The notes under the pieces are model-generated. The model was not told the origin of the DNA. It was given only the letters and a program-made list of their open reading frames with translations, and did not search any database. The position numbers were made by a program, and so were the translations under genes. Shown in pieces: positions 11,201 through 23,200 of a stretch of 64,000 bases of DNA. Source of the stretch: Eledone cirrhosa (Eukaryota); NCBI GenBank assembly GCA_964016885.1, contig OZ024742.1, forward strand, positions 367,412,001 to 367,476,000. Reading direction: 5' to 3'. Numbering within the stretch: the stretch's first letter is position 1; every line of letters begins with the position of its first letter.

Positions 11201-14200
11201 TCGGGCAACTTGCTAGGGTGGTGGATTGGCAGAGTCGGTAGAGGGTCGGGCACCTTCCTAGGCTGGTGGATTGGCAGTGTCGTTAGAAGGTCGGGCACCT
11301 TGCTAGGGTGGTGGATTGGCAGTGTCGTTAGAGGGTCGGGCACCATGCTAGGGTGGTGGATTGGCAGTGTCGTTAGAGGGTCGGGCACCTTGCTAGGGTG
11401 GTGGATTGGCAGAGTCGTTAGAGGGTCGGGCACCTTCCTAGGGTGGTGGATTGGCAGTGTCGTTAGAGGGTCGGGCACCTTGCCAGGGTTGTGGATTGGC
11501 AGAGTCGGTAGAGGGTCGGGCACCTTGCTAGGGTGGTGGATTGGCAGTGTCGTTAGAAGGTCGGGCACCATGCTAGGGTGGTGGATTGGCAGTGTCGTTA
11601 GAGGGTCGGGCACCATGCTAGGGTGGTGGATTGGCAGTGTCGTTAGAGGGTCGGGCACCTTGCTAGGGTGGTGGATTGGCAGAGTCGTTAGAGGGTCGGG
11701 CACCTTCCTAGGGTGGTGGATTGGCAGTGTCGTTAGAGGGTCTGGCACCTTGCCAGGGTTGTGTATTGGCAGAGTCGGTAGAGGGTCGGGCACCTTGCTA
11801 TGGTGGTGGATCGGCAGTGTCGGTAGAGGGCCGGGCACCTTGCTAGGGTGGTGGATTGGCAGTGTCGTTAGAAGGTCGGGCACCTTGCTAGGGTGGTGGA
11901 TTGGCAGTGTCGGTAGAGGCCGGGCACCTTGCTAGGGTGGTGGATTGGCAGTGTCGTTAGAGGGTCGGGCAACTTGCTAGGGTGGTGGATTTGCAGTGTC
12001 GTTAGAGGGTCGGGCACCTTGCTAGAGTGGTGGATTGGCAGAGTCGGTAGACGGTCGGGCACCTTGCTAGGGTGGTGGATTGGCAGTGTCGTTAGAGGGT
12101 CGGGCACCTTGCTAGGGTGGCGGATTGGCAGTGTCGTTAGAGGGTCGGGCACCTTGCTAGGGTGGTGGATTGGCAGTGTCGGTAGAGGGTCGGGCAACTT
12201 GCTAGGGTGGTGGATTGGCAGAGTCGGTAGAGGGTCGGACACCTTGGGAGGGTGGTGGATTGGCAGAGTCGGTAGAGGGTCGGACACCTTGATAGGGTGG
12301 TGGATTGGCAGTGTCGTTAGAGGGTCGGGCACCTTGCTAGGGTGGCGGATTGGCAGTGTCGTTAGAGGGTCGGGCACCTTGCTAGGGTGGTGGATTGGCA
12401 GTGTCGGTAGATGGTCGGGCAACTTGCTAGGGTGGTGGATTGGCAGAGTCGGTAGAGGGTCGGACACCTTGGTAGGGTGGTGGATTGCCAGAGTCGGTAG
12501 AGGGTCGGACACCTTGCTAGGGTGGTGGATTGGCAGAGTCGGTAGAGGGTCGGGCACCTTGCTAGGGTGGTGGATTGGCAGTGTCGTTAGAGGGTCGGGC
12601 ACCTTGCTAGGGTGGTGGATTGGCAGAGTCGGTAGAGGGTCGGACACCTTGCTAGGGTGGTGGATTGGCAGAGTCGTTAGAGGGTCGGGCACCTTGCTAG
12701 GGTGGTGGATTGGCAGTGTCGTTAGAGGGTCGGGCACCTTGCTAGGGTGGTGGATTGGCAGAGTCGTTAGAGGGTCGGGCACCTTGCTAGGGTGGTGGAT
12801 TGGCAGAGTCGTTAGAGGGTCGGGCACCTTGCTAGCGTGGTGGATTGGCAGAGTCGGTAGAGGGCCGGGCACCTTGCTAGCGTGGTGGATTGGCAGAGTC
12901 GGTAGAGGGTCGGACACCTTGCTAGGGTGGTGGATTGGCAGAGTCGGTAGAGGGTCGGACACCTTGCTAGGGTGGTGGATTGGCAGAGTCGGTAGAGGGT
13001 CGGGCACCTTGCTAGGGTGGTGGATTGGCAGTGTCGTTAGAGGGTCGGGCACCTTGCTAGGGTGGTGGATTGGCAGTGTTGGTAGAGGGTCGGGCAACTT
13101 GCTAGGGTGGTGGATTGGCAGAGTCGGTAGAGGGTCGGGCACCTGGCTAGGGTGGTGGATTAGCAGTGTCGTTAGAGGGTCGGGTACCTTGCTAGGGTGG
13201 TGGATTGGCAATGTCGGTAGAGGGTCGGGCACGTGCCATGGTGGTGGATTGGCAGTGTCGGTAGAGGGTCGGGCACCTTGCTAGGGTGGTGGATTGGCAG
13301 TGTCGTTAGAGGGTCGGGCACCTTGCTAGGGTGGTGGATTGGCAATGTCGGTAGAGGGTCGGGCACGTGCCATGGTGGTGGATTGGCAGTGTCGGTAGAG
13401 GGTCGGGCACCTTGCTAGGGTGGTGGATTGGCAGAGTCGGTAGACGGTCGGGCACCTGGCTAGGGTGGTGGATTGGCAGTGTCGGTAGAGGGTCGGGCAC
13501 CTTGCTAGGGTGGTGGATTGGCAGTGTTGTTAGAGAGTCGGGCACCTTGCTAGGGTGGTGGATTGGCAGTGTCGGTAGAGGGTCGGGCACCTTGCTAGGG
13601 TGGTGGATTGGCAGTGTCGGTAGAGGGTCGGGCACCTTGCTAGGGTGGTGGATTGGCAGTGTCGTTAGAGGGTCGGGCACCTTGCTAGGGTGGTGGGTTG
13701 GCAGAGTCGTTAGAGGGTCGGGCACCTTGCTAGGGTTGTGGATTGGCAGAGTCGTTAGAGGGTCGGGCACCTTGCTAGGGTGGTGGATTGGCAGAGTCGT
13801 TAGAGGGTCGGGCACCTTGCTAGGGTGGTGGATTGGCAGAGTCGTTAGAGGGTCGGGCACCTTGCTAGGGTGGTGGATTGGCAGAGTCGGTAGAGGGTCG
13901 GGCACCTTGCTAGGGTGGTGGATTGGCAGAGTCGGTAGAGGGTCGGGCACCTTGCTAGGGTGGTGGATTGGCAGTGTTATTAGAGGGGCGGGCACCTTGC
14001 TAGGGTGGTGGATTGGCAGTGTCGTTAGAGGGTCGGGCACCTTACTAGGGTGGTGGATTGGCAGTGTTGTTAGAGGGTCGGGCACCTTGCTAGGGTGGTG
14101 GATTGGCAGTGTCGTTAGAGGGTCGGGCACCTTACTAGGGTGCTGGATTGGCAGTGTCGTTAGAGGGTCGGGCACCTTACTAGGGTGGTGGATTGGCAGT

Positions 14201-17200
14201 GTTGTTAGAGGGTCAGGCACCTTGTTAGGGTGGTTGATTGCCAGAGTCGTTAGAGGGTAGGGCACCTTGCTAGGGTGGTGGATTGGCAGTGTCGTTAGAG
14301 GGTCGGGCACCTTGCTAGGGTGGTGGATTGGCAGTGTCGTTAGAGGGTAGGGCACCTTGCTAGGGTGGTTGATTGGCGGTGTCGTTAGAGGGTCGGGCAC
14401 CTTGCTATGGTGGTGGATCGGCAGTGTCGGTAGAGGGCCGGGCACCTTGCTAGGGTGGTGTATTGGCAGTATCGGTAGAGGGTCGGGCACCTTGCTAGGG
14501 TGGTGGATTGGCAGTGTCGTTAGAGGGTCGGGCACCTTGCTAGGGTGGTGGATTGGCAGTGTCGTTAGAGGGTCGGGCACCTTGCTAGGGTGGTGGATTG
14601 GCAGTGTCGTTAGAGGGTCGGGAACCTTGCGAGGGTGGTGGATTGGCAGTGTCGTTAGAGGGTCGGGCACCTTGCTATGGTGGTGGATCGGCAGTGTCGG
14701 TAGAGGGCCGGGCACCTTGCTAGGGTGGTGTATTGGCAGTATCGGTAGAGGGTCGGGCACCTTGCTAGGGTGGTGGATTGGCAGAGTCGGCAGAGGGTCG
14801 GGCACCTTATTAGGGTGGTGGATTGGCAGAGTCGGTAGAGGGTCGGGCACCTTCATAGGGTGGTGGATTGGCAGTGTCGTTAGAGGGTCGGGCACCTTGC
14901 TAGGGTGGTGGATTGGCAGTGTCGTTAGAGGGTCGGGCACCTTGCTAGGGTGGTGGATTGCCAGAGTCGTTAGAGGGTAGGGCACCTTGCTAGGGTGGTG
15001 GATTGGCAGTGTCGTTAGAGGGTCGGGCACCTTGCTAGGGTGGTGGATTGGCAGTGTCGTTAGAGGGTAGGGCACCTTGCTAGGGTGGTGGATTGGCGGT
15101 GTCGTTAGAGGGTCGGGCACCTTGCTATGGTGGTGGATCGGCAGTGTCGGTAGAGGGCCGGGCACCTTGCTAGGGTGGTGTATTGGCAGTATCGGTAGAG
15201 GGTCGGGCACCTTGCTAGGGTGGTGGATTGGCATTGTCGTTAGAGGGTCGGGCACCTTGCTAGGGTGGTGGATTGGCAGTGTCGTTAGAGGGTCGGGCAC
15301 CTTGCTAGGGTGGTGGATTGGCAGTGTCGTTAGAGGGTCGGGAACCTTGCGAGGGTGGTGTATTGGCAGTATCGGTAGAGGGTCGGGCACCTTGCTAGGG
15401 TGGTGGATTGGCAGAGTCGACAGAGGGTCGGGCAACTTATTAGGGTGGTGGATAGGCAGAGTCGGTAGAGGGTCGGGCACCTTCATAGGGTGGTGGATTG
15501 GCAGTGTCGTTAGAGGGTCGGGCACCTTGCTATGGTGGTGGATCGGCAGTGTCGGTAGAGGGCCGGGCACCTTGCTAGGCTGGTGTATTGGCAGTATCGG
15601 TAGAGGGTCGGGCACCTTGCTAGGGTGGTGGATTGGCAGAGTCGGCAGAGGGTCGGGCACCTTATTAGGGTGGTGGATTGGCAGAGTCGGTAGAGGGTCG
15701 GGCACCTTCATAGGGTGGTGGATTGGCAGTGTCGTTAGAGGGTCGGGCACCTTGCTATGGTGGTGGATCGGCAGTGTCGGTAGAGGGCCGGGCACCTTGC
15801 TAGGGTGGTGTATTGGCAGTATCGGTAGAGGGTCGGGCACCTTGCTAGGGTGGTGGATTGGCAGAGTCAGCAGAGGGTCGGGCACCTTATTAGGGTGGTG
15901 GATTGGCAGAGTCGGTAGAGGGTCGGGCACCTTCATAGGGTGGTGGATTGGCAGTGTCGTTAGAGGGTCGAGCACCTTGCTAGTGTGGTGGATTGGCAGT
16001 GTCGTTAGAGGGTCGGGCACCTTGCTAGGGTGGTGGATTTGCAGTGTCGTTAGAGGGTCGGACACCTTGCTAGGGTGGTGGATTGGCAGAGTCGGTAGAG
16101 GGTCGGGCACCTTGCTAGGGTGGTGGATTGGCAGTGTCGTTAGAGGGTCGGGCACCTTGCTAGGGTGGTGGATTGGCAGAGTCGGTAGAGGGTCGGGCAC
16201 CTTGCTAGGGTGGTGGATTGGCAGTGTCGTTAGAGGGTCGGGCACCTTGCTAGGGTGGTGGATTTGCAGTGTCGTTAGAGGGTCGGGCACCTTGCTAGGG
16301 TGGTGGATTGGCAGTGTCGGTAGAGGGTCGGACACCTTGCTAGGGTGGTGGATTGGCAGTGTCGGTAGAGGGTCGGGCAACTTGCTAGGGTGGTGGATTG
16401 GCAGAGTCGGTAGAGGGTCGGACACCTTGGTAGGGTGGTGGATTGCAGAGTCGGTAGAGGGTCGGACACCTTGCTAGCGTGGTGGATTGGCAGAGTCGGT
16501 AGAGGGTCGGACACCTTGCTAGGGTGGTGGATTGGCAGAGTCGGTAGAGGGTCGGGAATCTTGCTAGCGTGGTGGATTGGCAGTGTCGGTAGAGGGTCGG
16601 GCACCTTCCTAGGGTGGTGGATTGGCAGAGTCGGTAGAGGGTCGGATACCTTGCTAGGGTGGTGGATTGGCAGTGTCGTTAGAGGGTCGGCCACCTTGCT
16701 AGGGTGGTGGATTGGCAGTGTCGTTAGAGGGTCGGGCACCTTGCTAGGGTGGTGGATTGGCAGTGTTGGTAGAGGGTCGGGGAACTTGCTAGGGTGGTGG
16801 ATTGGCAGAGTCGGTAGAGGGTCGGGCACCTGGCTAGGGTGGTGGATTAGCAGTGTCGTTAGAGGGTCGGGTACCTTGCTAGGGTGGTGGATTGGCAGTG
16901 TCGTTAGAGGGTCGGGCACCTTGCTAGGGTGGTGGATTGGCAGAGTCGTTAGAGGGTCGGGCACCTTGCTAGGGTGGTGGATTGGCAATGTCGGTAGAGG
17001 GTCGGGCACCATGTTAGGGTGGTGGATTGGCAGAGTCGGTAGACTGTCGGGCACCTTATTAGGGTGGTGGATTGGCAGAGTCGGTAGAGGGTCGGGCACC
17101 TTGCTAGGGTGGTGGATTGGCAGTGTCGTTAGAGGGTCGGGCACCTTGCTAGGGTGGTGGATTTGCAGTGTCGTTAGAGGGTCGGGCACCTTGCTAGGGT

Positions 17201-20200
17201 GGTGGATTGGCAGTGTCGTTAGAGGGTCGGGCACCTTGCTAGGGTGGTGGATTGGCAGTGTCGTTAGAGGGTCGGGCACCTTGCTAGGGTGGTGGATTGG
17301 CAGTGTCGTTAGAGGGTCGGGCACCTTGCTAGGGTGGTGGATTTGCAGTGTCGTTAGAGGGTCGGGCACCTTGCTAGGGTGGTGGATTGGCAGTGTCGTT
17401 AGAGGGTCGGGCACCTTGCTAGGGTGGTGGATTGGCAGTGTCGTTAGAGGGTCGGGCACCTTGCTAGGGTGGTGGATTGGCAGAGTCGGTAGAGGGTCGG
17501 GCACCTTGCTAGGGTGGTGGATTGGCAGTGTTATAAGAGGGTCGGGCACCTTGCTAGGGTGGTGGATTTGCAGTGTCGTTAGAGGGTCGGGCACCTTGCT
17601 AGGGTGGTGGATTGGCAGAGTCGGTAGACGGTCGGGCACCTTGCTAGGGTGGGGGATTGGCAGAGTCGGTAGAGGGTCGGGCACCTTGCTAGGGTGGGGG
17701 ATTGGCAGTGTCGTTAGAGGGTCGGGTACCTTGCTAGGGTGGTGGATTGGCAGTGTCGGTAGAGGGTCGGGCACCTTGCTAGGGTGGGGGATTGGCAGTG
17801 TCGTTAGAGGGTCGGGCACCTTGCTAGGGTGGTGGATTGGCAGAGTCGGTAGACGGTCGGGCACCTTGCTAGGGTGGGGGATTGGCAGAGTCGGTAGAGG
17901 GTCGGGCACCTTGCTAGGCTGGTGTATTGGCAGTATCGGTAGAGGGTCGGGCACCTTGCTAGGGTGGTGGATTGGCAGAGTCGGCAGAGGGTCGGGCACC
18001 TTATTAGGGTGGTGGATTGGCAGAGTCGGTAGAGGGTCGGGCACCTTCATAGGGTGGTGGATTGGCAGTGTCGTTAGAGGGTCGGGCACCTTGCTATGGT
18101 GGTGGATCGGCAGTGTCGGTAGAGGGCCGGGCACCTTGCTAGGGTGGTGTATTGGCAGTATCGGTAGAGGGTCGGGCACCTTGCTAGGGTGGTGGATTGG
18201 CAGAGTCGGCAGAGGGTCGGGCACCTTATTAGGGTGGTGGATTGGCAGAGTCGGTAGAGGGTCGGGCACCTTCATAGGGTGGTGGATTGGCAGTGTCGTT
18301 AGAGGGTCGAGCACCTTGCTAGTGTGGTGGATTGGCAGTGTCGTTAGAGGGTCGGGCACCTTGCTAGGGTGGTGGATTTGCAGTGTCGTTAGAGGGTCGG
18401 GCACCTTGCTAGGGTGGTGGATTGGCAGAGTCGGTAGAGGGTCGGGCACCTTGCTAGGGTGGTGGATTGGCAGTGTCGTTAGAGGGTCGGGCACCTTGCT
18501 AGGGTGGTGGATTGGCAGAGTCGGTAGAGGGTCGGGCACCTTGCTAGGGTGGTGGATTGGCAGTGTCGTTAGAGGGTCGGGCACCTTGCTAGGGTGGTGG
18601 ATTTGCAGTGTCGTTAGAGGGTCGGGCACCTTGCTAGGGTGGTGGATTGGCAGTGTCGGTAGAGGGTCGGACACCTTGCTAGGGTGGTGGATTGGCAGTG
18701 TCGGTAGAGGGTCGGGCAACTTGCTAGGGTGGTGGATTGGCAGAGTCGGTAGAGGGTCGGACACCTTGGTAGGGTGGTGGATTGCAGAGTCGGTAGAGGG
18801 TCGGACACCTTGCTAGCGTGGTGGATTGGCAGAGTCGGTAGAGGGTCGGACACCTTGCTAGGGTGGTGGATTGGCAGAGTCGGTAGAGGGTCGGGAATCT
18901 TGCTAGCGTGGTGGATTGGCAGTGTCGGTAGAGGGTCGGGCACCTTCCTAGGGTGGTGGATTGGCAGAGTCGGTAGAGGGTCGGATACCTTGCTAGGGTG
19001 GTGGATTGGCAGTGTCGTTAGAGGGTCGGCCACCTTGCTAGGGTGGTGGATTGGCAGTGTCGTTAGAGGGTCGGGCACCTTGCTAGGGTGGTGGATTGGC
19101 AGTGTTGGTAGAGGGTCGGGGAACTTGCTAGGGTGGTGGATTGGCAGAGTCGGTAGAGGGTCGGGCACCTGGCTAGGGTGGTGGATTAGCAGTGTCGTTA
19201 GAGGGTCGGGTACCTTGCTAGGGTGGTGGATTGGCAGTGTCGTTAGAGGGTCGGGCACCTTGCTAGGGTGGTGGATTGGCAGAGTCGTTAGAGGGTCGGG
19301 CACCTTGCTAGGGTGGTGGATTGGCAATGTCGGTAGAGGGTCGGGCACCATGTTAGGGTGGTGGATTGGCAGAGTCGGTAGACTGTCGGGCACCTTATTA
19401 GGGTGGTGGATTGGCAGAGTCGGTAGAGGGTCGGGCACCTTGCTAGGGTGGTGGATTGGCAGTGTCGTTAGAGGGTCGGGCACCTTGCTAGGGTGGTGGA
19501 TTTGCAGTGTCGTTAGAGGGTCGGGCACCTTGCTAGGGTGGTGGATTGGCAGTGTCGTTAGAGGGTCGGGCACCTTGCTAGGGTGGTGGATTGGCAGTGT
19601 CGTTAGAGGGTCGGGCACCTTGCTAGGGTGGTGGATTGGCAGTGTCGTTAGAGGGTCGGGCACCTTGCTAGGGTGGTGGATTTGCAGTGTCGTTAGAGGG
19701 TCGGGCACCTTGCTAGGGTGGTGGATTGGCAGTGTCGTTAGAGGGTCGGGCACCTTGCTAGGGTGGTGGATTGGCAGTGTCGTTAGAGGGTCGGGCACCT
19801 TGCTAGGGTGGTGGATTGGCAGAGTCGGTAGAGGGTCGGGCACCTTGCTAGGGTGGTGGATTGGCAGAGTCGGTAGAGGGTCGGGCACCTTGCTAGGGTG
19901 GTGGATTGGCAGTGTTATAAGAGGGTCGGGCACCTTGCTAGGGTGGTGGATTTGCAGTGTCGTTAGAGGGTCGGGCACCTTGCTAGGGTGGGGGATTGGC
20001 AGAGTCGGTAGAGGGTCGGGCACCTTGCTAGGGTGGGGGATTGGCAGTGTCGTTAGAGGGTCGGGTACCTTGCTAGGGTGGTGGATTGGCAGTGTCGGTA
20101 GAGGGTCGGGCACCTTGCTAGGGTGGGGGATTGGCAGTGTCGTTAGAGGGTCGGGCACCTTGCTAGGGTGGTGGATTGGCAGAGTCGGTAGACGGTCGGG

Positions 20201-23200
20201 CACCTTGCTAGGGTGGGGGATTGGCAGAGTCGGTAGAGGGTCGGGCACCTTGCTAGGGTCGTGGATTGGCAGTGTCGTTAGAGGGTCGGGTACCTTGCTA
20301 GGGTGGTGGATTGGCAGTGTCGGTAGAGGGTCGGGCACCTTGCTAGGTTGGGGGATTGGCAGTGTCGTTAGAGGGTCGGGCACCTTGCTAGGGTGGGGGA
20401 TTGGCAGTGTCGTTAGAGGGTCGGGTACCTTGCTAGGGTGGTGGATTTGCAGTGTCGGTAGAGGGTCTTGCACCTTGCTAGGGTGGTGGATTGACAGTGT
20501 TGTTAGAGGGTCGGGCACCTTGCTAGGGTGGTGGATTGGCAGAGTCGGTAGAGGGTCGGGCACCTTGCTAGGTTGGTGGATTGGCAGTGTCGTTAGAGGG
20601 TCGGGCACCTTGCTAGGGTGGTGGATTGGCAATGTCGGTAGAGGGTCGGGCACCTTGCTAGGGTGGTGGATTGGGAGAGTCGTTAGAGGGTCGGGCACCT
20701 TGCTAGGGTGGTGGATTGGCAGTGTCGGTAGAGGGTCAGGGCACCTTGCTTGGTTGGTGGATAGGCAGTGTCGGTAGAGGTCCGGGCAGCTTGCTAGGGT
20801 GGTGGATTGGCAGTGTCGTTAGAGGGTCGGGCACCTTCCTAGGGTGGTGGATTGGCAGTGTCGGTAGAGGGTCAGGGCACCTTGCTAGGGTGGTGGATAG
20901 GCAGTGTCGGTAGAGGGCCGGGTAGCTTGCTAGGGTGGTGGATTGGCAGTGTCGTTAGAGGGTTGGGCACCTTGCTAGGGTGGTGGATTGGCTGTGTCGT
21001 TAGAGGGTCGGGCACCTTGCTAGGGTGGTGGATTGGCAGAGTCGTTAGAGGGTCGGGCACCTTGCTAGGCTGGTGGATTGGCAGTGCCGTTAGAGGGTTG
21101 GGCACCTCGCTAGCGTGGTGGATTGGCAGAGTCGGTAGAGGGTCGGGCACCTTGCTAGGGTGGTGGATTGGCAGTGTCGTTAGAGGGTCGGGTACCTTGC
21201 TAGGGTGGTGGATTGGCAGTGTCGTTAGAGGGTCGGGCACCTTGCTAGGCTGGTGGATTGGCAGTGTCGGTAGAGGGTCGGGCACCTTATTAGGGTGGTG
21301 GATTGGCAGAGTCGGTAGAGGGTCGGGCACCTTGCTAGCGTGGTGGATTGGCAATGTCGGTAGAGGGTCGGGCACATGCTATGGTGGTGGATTGGCAGTG
21401 TCGGTAGAGGGTCTTGCACCTTGCTAGGGTGGTGTATTGGCAGTGTCGTTAGAGGGTCGGGCACCTTGCTAGGGTGGTGGATTGGCACAGTAGGTAGAGG
21501 GTCGGGCACCTTGCTAGGGTGGTGGATTGGCAGTGTTATTAGAGGGTCGGGCACCTTGCTAGGGTGGTGGATTGGCAGAGTAGGTAGAGGGTCGGGCAAC
21601 TTGCTAGGGTGGTGGATTGGCATAGTCGGTAGAGGGTCGGGCACCTTGCTAGGGTCGTGGATTGGCAATGTCGGTAGAGGGTCGGGCACCTTGCTAGGGG
21701 TGTGGATTGGCAGAGTCAGTAGAGGGTCGGGCACCTTGCTAGGCTGGTGGATTGGCAGTGTCGGTAGAGGGTCGGGCACCTTGCTAGGGTGGTGGATTGG
21801 CAGTGTCGTTAGAGGGTCGGGAACCTTGCTAGGGTGGTGGATTGGCAGAGTCGGTAGAGGGTCGGACTCCTTGCTAGGGTGGTGGATTGGCAGTGTCGTT
21901 AGAGGGTCGGGAACCTTGCTAGGGTGGTGGATTGGCAGTGTCGTTAGAGGGTCGGGAACCTTGCTAGGGTGGTGGATTGGCACAGTCGGTAGAGGTTCGG
22001 GCACCTTGCTAGGGTGGTGGATTGGCAGAGTCGGTAGAGGGTCGGACTCCTTGCTAGGGTGGTGGATTGGCAGTTTCGGTAGAGGGTCGGGCACCTTGCT
22101 AGGGTCGTGGATTGGCAGTGTTGTTAGAGGGTCGGACACCTTGCTAGGGTGGTGGATTGGCAGAGTGGGTAGACGGTCGGACTCCTTGCTAGGGTGGTGG
22201 ATTGGCAGTTTCGGTAGAGGGTCGGACACCTTGCTAGGGTGGTGGATTGGCAGTGTTGTTAGAGGGTCGGACACCTTGCTAGGGTGGTGGATTGGCAGAG
22301 TCGGTAGAGGGTCGGGCACCTTGCTAGGGTCGTGGATTGGCAGTGTTGTTAGAGGGTCGGACACCTTGCTAGGGTGGTGGATTGGCAGAGTCGGTAGACG
22401 GTCGGACTCCTTGCTAGGGTGGTGGATTGGCAGTTTCGGTAGAGGGTCGGGCACCTTGCTAGGGTCGTGGATTGGCAGTGTTGTTAGAGGGTCGGACACC
22501 TTGCTAGGGTGGTGGATTGGCAGAGTCGGTAGAGGGTCGGGCACCTTGCTAGCGTGGTGGATTGGCAGAGTCGGTAGAGGGTCGGACACCTTGCTAGGGT
22601 GGTGGATTGGCAGTGTCGTTAGAGGGTCGGGCAACTTGCTAGGGTGGTGGATTGGCAGTGTCGTTAGAGGGTCGGGCATCTTGCTAGGGTGGTGGATTGG
22701 CAATGTCGGTAGAGGGTCAGGCACCTTGTTAGGGTGGTGGATTGCCAGAGTCGTTAGAGGGTAGGGCACCTTGCTAGGGTGGTGGATTGCCAGAGTCGTT
22801 AGAGGGTAGGGCACCTTGCTAGGGTGGTGGATTGGCAGTGTCGTTAGAGGGTCGGGCACCTTGCTAGGGTGGTGGATTGCCAGAGTCGTTAGAGGGTAGG
22901 GCACCTTGCTAGGGTGGTGGATTGGCAGTGTCGTTAGAGGGTAGGGCACCTTGCTAGGGTGGTGGATTGGCAGTGTCGTTAGAGGGTAGGGCACCTTGCT
23001 AGGGTGGTGGATTGGCAGTGTCGTTAGAGGGTAGGGCACCTTGCTAGGGTGGTGGATTGGCAGTGTCGTTAGAGGGTAGGGCACCTTGCTAGGGTGGTGG
23101 ATTGGCAGTGTCGTTAGAGGGTAGGGCACCTTGCTAGGGTGGTAGATTGGCAGTGTCGTTAGAGGGTAGGGCACCTTGCTAGGGTGGTGGATTGGCAGTG